A DNA stretch of 64,000 nucleotides, taken from positions 85 to 64,084 of the forward strand of contig JAACDG010000164.1 in the NCBI GenBank assembly GCA_009937025.1, read 5' to 3'. A model generated the notes under the pieces. It was not told where the DNA came from. It saw only the letters and a program-made list of their open reading frames with translations, and ran no database searches. Positions 58,665 through 64,000 of the stretch are shown here, in pieces. This stretch comes from Methanobacteriota archaeon (GTDB lineage: Archaea; Thermoplasmatota; Poseidoniia; Poseidoniales; Poseidoniaceae). Position 1 is the first letter of the stretch. Every line of letters begins with the position of its first letter. The position numbers and the translations under genes were made by a program.

Positions 58665-59681
58665 ATGGTCGAAGATGGAGTGTTAGATACAGTACCTCAT
58701 CCTGGTTGGTTCAAAGTTTTCACGCAATTGATGAAACTTCGCGTTATTGTTTTGCTCCAAGTTACCGCTGTTTGTGCGATTTTGGTTCACGATCTGTTAG
58801 CGCGTCATGGGCTTATCGATGTTGATAGAACTTGGACGGACACGATGTATACAATCGCACTTACGGTCGTTGCAGGAACTCTCTCAGCAGGCGGTTCTAA
58901 TTCGATTAATATGTGGTATGATGCGGATATCGACCCACATATGCGCCGAACAATGAACCGGCCCGTTCCTTTAGGGCACATTTCTGCTCGAGGAGCACTC
59001 ATCTTTGGACTGTTCTTGGCAATATTGGGGTCTTCTTTGTTCTTCTTGGTTCACTGGAAAGCGGCTTTCTGGTCTTTCTTTTCTGTTGCCTTTTACGTCC
59101 TCGTTTATTCGATATTGTTGAAACGCCGTACGCCTCAAAATATCGTAATTGGTGGGATTGCTGGTGCGACTCCTCCGCTGATTGGTTGGGCAGCCGCTGC
59201 AGCCTCTTCCATTGATTCAAACAATCCTTTTGATTTGGGCTCACCTATTCCATGGATGCTCTTTTTGTTGATTTTCCTGTGGACTCCACCTCACTTTTGG
59301 GCCTTGGCACTTTATCGTTCAGGCGAATACGGCAAAGTCAACGTTCCAATGTTGAATGAAGTAAAAGGTCCTGAACACACGGTATTTCAATCAAAAGTCT
59401 ACTGCGTTCTTCTCTTGATGCTCGGCTCAGTGCCATGCTTTTGGCCAGAATGTGGTCTTCCACTTCTTTGGGCTTTCCTCGCAGGCGGACTGACAATTTG
59501 GTATTCAAAATCGGTCTGGGATATCGATCCGCTTGAAGATCTTGATGAAAATGGACGAATGCCGAAAGCTGCTCGCTCTTTTTTCCGGTCAATATACTAC
59601 CTGGGATGGATGCATGTTGCATTGGTGGCAGTTTGCTTCATTCCTCCTGAATGGCTTGGTATTCTTGGTCCTTTGATTTGA
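58665..59681 (+). CDS. ctaB: Protoheme IX farnesyltransferase (heme O synthase)
   Basis: DADID..M.RT..RP, LKRRTPQNIVIGG, FLWTPPHFWAL. Confidence 0.95.
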   Translation: MVEDGVLDTVPHPGWFKVFTQLMKLRVIVLLQVTAVCAILVHDLLARHGLIDVDRTWTDTMYTIALTVVAGTLSAGGSNSINMWYDADIDPHMRRTMNRPVPLGHISARGALIFGLFLAILGSSLFFLVHWKAAFWSFFSVAFYVLVYSILLKRRTPQNIVIGGIAGATPPLIGWAAAAASSIDSNNPFDLGSPIPWMLFLLIFLWTPPHFWALALYRSGEYGKVNVPMLNEVKGPEHTVFQSKVYCVLLLMLGSVPCFWPECGLPLLWAFLAGGLTIWYSKSVWDIDPLEDLDENGRMPKAARSFFRSIYYLGWMHVALVAVCFIPPEWLGILGPLI

Positions 59682-59760
59682 GTGCCACGGTTTTGTAGTG
59701 TATTCGTGAACAGTGTCAACCGTCATGTTCATGACTGCCTCGACGGTCGCCGAGTTTACT

Positions 59761-59847
59761 GCGGCAGTCGCATAGCCTGGCCATTGCGCTGGATTGCTAA
59801 TCCAGTGGTGTTTCACCTCGGGAGTTCAAATCTCCCCTGCCGCGCCA
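59761..59847 (+). tRNA. tRNA-Ser(GCT), intronless, CCA encoded
   Basis: Acceptor stem GCGGCAG/CTGCCGC followed by G-CCA; anticodon arm CTGGA-TTGCTAA-TCCAG; long variable arm GGTG-TTT-CACC; T-arm GGGAG-TTCAAAT-CTCCC. Confidence 0.95.
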
Positions 59848-59853
59848 TTCTTT

Positions 59854-62805
59854 TCAATCAAAGAAGTCATCGAATTCATCTGCAGTTCCAAGAGCACCTT
59901 GGCGTCGTTTTCGTGCATTCATGACACGAGATAATCGCTTTCTCTTCTTAAGGAGAATCGGTAAAGCAATCATACTGATGACCAGTGTAATCAAGGCGAC
60001 AATTCCAGTTGTTTGGAACTCATTTACTTCCATGTAATCGGTGAGTGTTCCGAGCCATTCAACGCCAAGAGGCGGTTCCGGTTCAGGAGGTGGAATCGGT
60101 ATCAAGTGCTGGTTATAGTCCCACCATTGGTCGTCAATAACAATGTGCAGAGAATTGGTTGGATAATTGACTTCCATGAATTGATTGCCTACCGAGTCTA
60201 CTGGCGAGAGTACGTAATAGAACGCTCTCATAGGTCGGATGTTTTCGTCATAAACGCCGCTTTGGTTGTAGTATCCAGTTTCACCGGGCACTCCTGACAA
60301 ATCAGTTTCAATCGGAGAAAGGAATTTCAAATCAATTCCTTGTGGTCGCTGATCGATTCTGTAAAGATTCCAAGAGACGTTGCCAGTAGTTTCTTGTTCT
60401 GGCCAAACCCATGACATGTTCAAATCATAACACATCGACCAATCATTTTCAATTTTATAGCAGTCGGTATCGTTGGTAAAAGAAACTTCGTATTGCATAT
60501 TGGAGACGGTTTTGTCTGGTGCAATGGCGTCTCCACAGAAAGCAGTAGCTTGTTCCGCTTCATCTCGTGAGATTTCGATATGAAGGGTGTCAGGCGCTCC
60601 CTCCCGGTCTGCAGGCATGATGGCATAGGATGCACAAGTTCCTGTTCCTAGAGGCACTGGGTCTACCCATGAGGTGTCATCCTTCGGAACTGAAGCCACG
60701 AGGGTCTCTTGAGTCAATTGTTCCCATACAAAACTGTTGAACTCGGGATATGGGTCTGGGAAAATTGTTCCTGCATTGTTTGCGAGGGTCAGTTTGTAAA
60801 TATTCCAAGAACCGATGTATGGATTACTTGTGTCCCCAGTTGGGCTCCATTGAAGTTCTAAACTTCCTCCTTCAAGTTGAGCGAATCCTAGTGGCCCACT
60901 GCTGATATTTACTGAAGGTGTTTCACCGATGATGAGGATGACTCCATTTTGAGGAAGAATCACGTCAAATGAATGGTCCACGTTTTTGGTATACTGTTCC
61001 AAAGTGGTCCAAATGTTATCATCGAGCGTTGGTAAGAAGCGAAGGTCAACCGTTTCAAGCGGGATATTCGACGGCAAGAGTGCAGAAGTGTTCAAATGAA
61101 TCTCCATGTATTCCATGCCTGTGTTGTTTGAGTTATCTTCATCTGCTAATACATAAAACGAAAGCAACATCAACGGGTTGCGTCCTTCACCAATTCCGTA
61201 TTGTGTGCCAATAACGGGCAATATTGATTCATGTTCGAGATGCGATAACGAACGAGTTACTGCTTCTCCGGTGAAGAAGGGTTCATTGTCAAGGGAAACA
61301 TAATTGTAAAGTGTAATCTCGACGTGAGCCGACTCAAGTTCTCCAAAGGTATCGGTTACACGCAAGGTGATGGTGTGGTCACCAAGTCCAAGAACCGAGC
61401 CTGAAATATTGAGCAATTGGCCATGTCCGATGTTAATGATGCCTGATATCCACCATGAATAATTGAGTGGAGCAGCAGCAGTTGAACTTGTTCGTGCCAC
61501 AAATTCGATGTATTCTCCAGTTGTGTAGGTCCCCTGAGAATTACTTTGGAATATCGTTGGATTAATGTCTCCGACAAGGATATTCGTTTCTTCACTTAGG
61601 CTGTTATCGCCTGTTTTCGCATCTGAACCTTCTGCAAAATTACTCGGAATTCCAATGGTTAAAGTTCGATCCGCACCTACCGTTGTTAGATTGAACCCAC
61701 ACGTTCGTATCTCACTGGGTTTGAAATTCGTGAGTACGCATTGAGTTTCTTGTTCAACTTCTCCAACTGGGTCATACACTTGGAATGAAACAATAACTGT
61801 TTGAATCGTTAAGTTACCCTTGTTGGTGATTGTAGAATGTACCATGTCTTCTCCGTAATAGTAATCACTTGACAACGGGTCATGCCCTGGAATCATAGAA
61901 GTTGCTTGTAGGTCGATAGTGTCATCAAAGACGATGATAATCTCTGAAAGGTCGTTTGTAGGGTTCAAATCAGCATAAGGAGTTCCAGTGCTGTTGAAGA
62001 GTCCCCAAACGAGAGTAAATGTTCCTTGGGAAGAGTGATTGAATTCAGGCATTGAACGTGAAAAAGACGACACTCCGCCCCATGAAGGGAGATTTGATAC
62101 ATTGGTGTAGGATTCTGAAAGCATTGTCGATTTGTCTTCAGACCAAAGTTGCCAACCGAGTTGAGCTACAAAATTACATGTTCCACATGCAGTCACTGAG
62201 CCTGTGATTTGCATATCATAGTCTGTATCTGTGTTGAGAATCGATTGGCCATTGTAGGTGGCAAGATCTGTTAAGATGCTTGTTGGGTCGTATGAAGTAT
62301 CAACTGAAAGGTCAACAAATGAGCGCGTGAGGTTGATGTGGAACAGGTAAACATCATCCGAAGGGTCTTGGTCTTGTAAATCAAAAGCATAAACGATGGT
62401 AAATGTTCCTTCATCTCCTGAAGGATTCCAAGCACCTGTTGCTGTGAAGTTTTCTGCTGTGCCTGGGTACATAATTGGTAATGAGAAACTTCCCCGGTCG
62501 TCAAAGTTCGATTTACAAATTGAAGCCTCAACCTCTCCTTGACAAACATACCACCACATTCCACGGTTTGAGATGGATTGAAGTCCTTCATTCGAAATGG
62601 ATACATTGAATTGAATCGGGTCCCATGACGAGCCCCATGAATCTTCAAGTGGGAAATTGGTCGCCTGAATCGACAAATCACCCGATTCAGAAGCAGATGC
62701 CGCTGGAATGGTCAGTAGCCCCGTGAAGGACGCGAAGAAAAGGAGGAAAACCAACGAAATACTTCCGCTTTTCCGCCTCGAATCACTGGGTGCATAGCGC
62801 GACAT
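59854..62805 (-). CDS. Large secreted multi-beta-sandwich (CARDB/PKD/FN3-like) surface protein with C-terminal TM
   Basis: Signal peptide; DLSI...N.G...D.N..N CARDB-like patterns; PPPEPEPP linker, TM segment and KKRKR; start MSRYAP. Confidence 0.75.
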   Translation of the reverse strand: MSRYAPSDSRRKSGSISLVFLLFFASFTGLLTIPAASASESGDLSIQATNFPLEDSWGSSWDPIQFNVSISNEGLQSISNRGMWWYVCQGEVEASICKSNFDDRGSFSLPIMYPGTAENFTATGAWNPSGDEGTFTIVYAFDLQDQDPSDDVYLFHINLTRSFVDLSVDTSYDPTSILTDLATYNGQSILNTDTDYDMQITGSVTACGTCNFVAQLGWQLWSEDKSTMLSESYTNVSNLPSWGGVSSFSRSMPEFNHSSQGTFTLVWGLFNSTGTPYADLNPTNDLSEIIIVFDDTIDLQATSMIPGHDPLSSDYYYGEDMVHSTITNKGNLTIQTVIVSFQVYDPVGEVEQETQCVLTNFKPSEIRTCGFNLTTVGADRTLTIGIPSNFAEGSDAKTGDNSLSEETNILVGDINPTIFQSNSQGTYTTGEYIEFVARTSSTAAAPLNYSWWISGIINIGHGQLLNISGSVLGLGDHTITLRVTDTFGELESAHVEITLYNYVSLDNEPFFTGEAVTRSLSHLEHESILPVIGTQYGIGEGRNPLMLLSFYVLADEDNSNNTGMEYMEIHLNTSALLPSNIPLETVDLRFLPTLDDNIWTTLEQYTKNVDHSFDVILPQNGVILIIGETPSVNISSGPLGFAQLEGGSLELQWSPTGDTSNPYIGSWNIYKLTLANNAGTIFPDPYPEFNSFVWEQLTQETLVASVPKDDTSWVDPVPLGTGTCASYAIMPADREGAPDTLHIEISRDEAEQATAFCGDAIAPDKTVSNMQYEVSFTNDTDCYKIENDWSMCYDLNMSWVWPEQETTGNVSWNLYRIDQRPQGIDLKFLSPIETDLSGVPGETGYYNQSGVYDENIRPMRAFYYVLSPVDSVGNQFMEVNYPTNSLHIVIDDQWWDYNQHLIPIPPPEPEPPLGVEWLGTLTDYMEVNEFQTTGIVALITLVISMIALPILLKKRKRLSRVMNARKRRQGALGTADEFDDFFD

Positions 62806-62926
62806 TGACAGGTGCCTCACATCGGGGCTTCAAAGACTCATCGCCCCCGAAGGGGGCAGACTTGCGATAATTCGATGATTTACATCATCTCCATGCGGCA
62901 ACCTCTTCAATCGTCGAATACCACCG

Positions 62927-64000
62927 ATGTTCATGCGCGATGAGGCTGTTCGTTGTCTTAAAAGAGACGAAAATGCACTTACCGCAGTCATTGAATTCCT
63001 TTCTGCATTTACTTTATTCCTCATGATTCTCACTGCATTTTTATCTCTTGCACAACTTCAAATGGGTTCCAATGACCCGAATGTAGACCGAATTGATCGT
63101 TCTGCTGTCCAGGGCTTAGACCGTTTGACCTCTGATGGCGGCTGGTTTGTTCCGATGGGTGAAGGCGGGTTAGATTATGCGAATTCAACATCGGAATGGC
63201 ATTTGTTTGATGTTCTGGAACTGAATGATGGCCGCGTACAAACAGGATTGGTAAAGGACGGGATTCTCGACCATCAACGTATTCACGCACTCCGAAATGT
63301 TTCAGAAGAAAGCATGGCATTAGGGCTTGGTCTTGATGTTGGATATACTCTATTTTTATCCATTGAGGTGATTGAATCTAACAATTCCTCCCGGATTGGA
63401 TTCGAAGTCTTCACTGGGGGTACAGAACGCTCAACTGCTTCTGCATCTTCTACAGCCAGCCGTCAATTTTCTCAAGATGGAGAAATCCTTCAAGTTATCT
63501 TTGAAGTTCACAAAGGCGGCGATAAGAATAATGATCTCTTTTTGACAGAGGTTATGGTGCGTCCAATCGACTCTGGTCCGGAGTGGATTGAAATCTATAA
63601 TCCGAATGACTTCGCCCTCTCTTTGTATGGTTGGTCGTTAAATCATACCTACGGTTCAACCTCAAATAATCTGTTGTTTAAAGAAGGAATTATTTCTGGC
63701 CATTCGACCATCATATTGTCCGGAGATGCATCTTCGCAAGATTCAGGAAATGCTTCTCAAGTGTTCGACCTTTCTCAAGAATCTTTCCTTGGCGTTGGCT
63801 CCATCAATCTGCTTAACGACGCCAATGGTGAACTCACATTACGTTATACACAACTCAATTCAGTGAAGTCGTATGATGTTATGGACGTTAAATGGGGGGG
63901 TTCTTCTAACCTGTTCACATCACTTGGGCAATCGTTAGAAGCTGACCAAATCGATGGGGGATTTAGTGCAAATTGGAGTGTCCAGTCCAATCCTACTCCA
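62927..64000 (+). CDS. Pilin-like N-terminus plus lamin-tail-domain protein, truncated at the window end; not in the supplied ORF track
   Basis: Own translation MFMRDEAVRCLKRDENALTAVIEFLSAFTLFLMIL... is open to 64000; LTD motifs LTEVMVRP..GPEWIEIYNP..SLYGWSL and terminal PTP. Confidence 0.75.
   Translation, partial: MFMRDEAVRCLKRDENALTAVIEFLSAFTLFLMILTAFLSLAQLQMGSNDPNVDRIDRSAVQGLDRLTSDGGWFVPMGEGGLDYANSTSEWHLFDVLELNDGRVQTGLVKDGILDHQRIHALRNVSEESMALGLGLDVGYTLFLSIEVIESNNSSRIGFEVFTGGTERSTASASSTASRQFSQDGEILQVIFEVHKGGDKNNDLFLTEVMVRPIDSGPEWIEIYNPNDFALSLYGWSLNHTYGSTSNNLLFKEGIISGHSTIILSGDASSQDSGNASQVFDLSQESFLGVGSINLLNDANGELTLRYTQLNSVKSYDVMDVKWGGSSNLFTSLGQSLEADQIDGGFSANWSVQSNPTP

Noticed and set aside
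59682-59760. Possible small structured RNA upstream of tRNA-Ser
   Set aside because: Only a weak TCGTGAACA/TGTTCATGA hairpin; the region is better explained as the tRNA promoter/leader.
59761-59853. tRNA-anchored genomic island
   Set aside because: No integrase is present and I saw no duplicate of the tRNA 3' end in the window; the flanking genes look native.

Overview
This is a gene-dense archaeal chromosomal segment. Archaeal marker genes (rpoK, purP, ribL, the DKFP-route aroA'/aroB', GHMP shikimate kinase), many bacterial-type imports (orn, gpsA, trimeric riboflavin synthase, TDO) and large secreted/S8 proteins suggest Marine Group II Euryarchaeota (Poseidoniales); the taxon is an inference. 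It holds about 50 CDS and one tRNA-Ser(GCT); I saw no CRISPR array, integrase or IS. The main finding is the ABC operon at 5331-8186, which would be annotated 'phnDCE'. Its binding lipoprotein carries transferrin signature motifs, including equivalents of all four Fe(III) ligands (Asp/Tyr/Tyr/His), the SCHTG-x-x-[RK]-SAG anion loop and a conserved Cys pair. Its promoter is bracketed by two TTTAGG-N4-CCTAAA palindromes of the DtxR/SirR/MntR operator type. Together these point to a metal-repressed, single-lobe 'archaeal transferrin' ABC iron-uptake system. Other highlights are an hcrCAB-like (4-hydroxybenzoyl-CoA reductase) cluster whose large subunit has an in-frame TAG at a conserved Tyr, an aromatic-biosynthesis operon containing aspartate kinase, a shared C-terminal sorting motif, and degenerate TATA-position hexamers. 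All calls come from motif recognition by eye; no searches were run.
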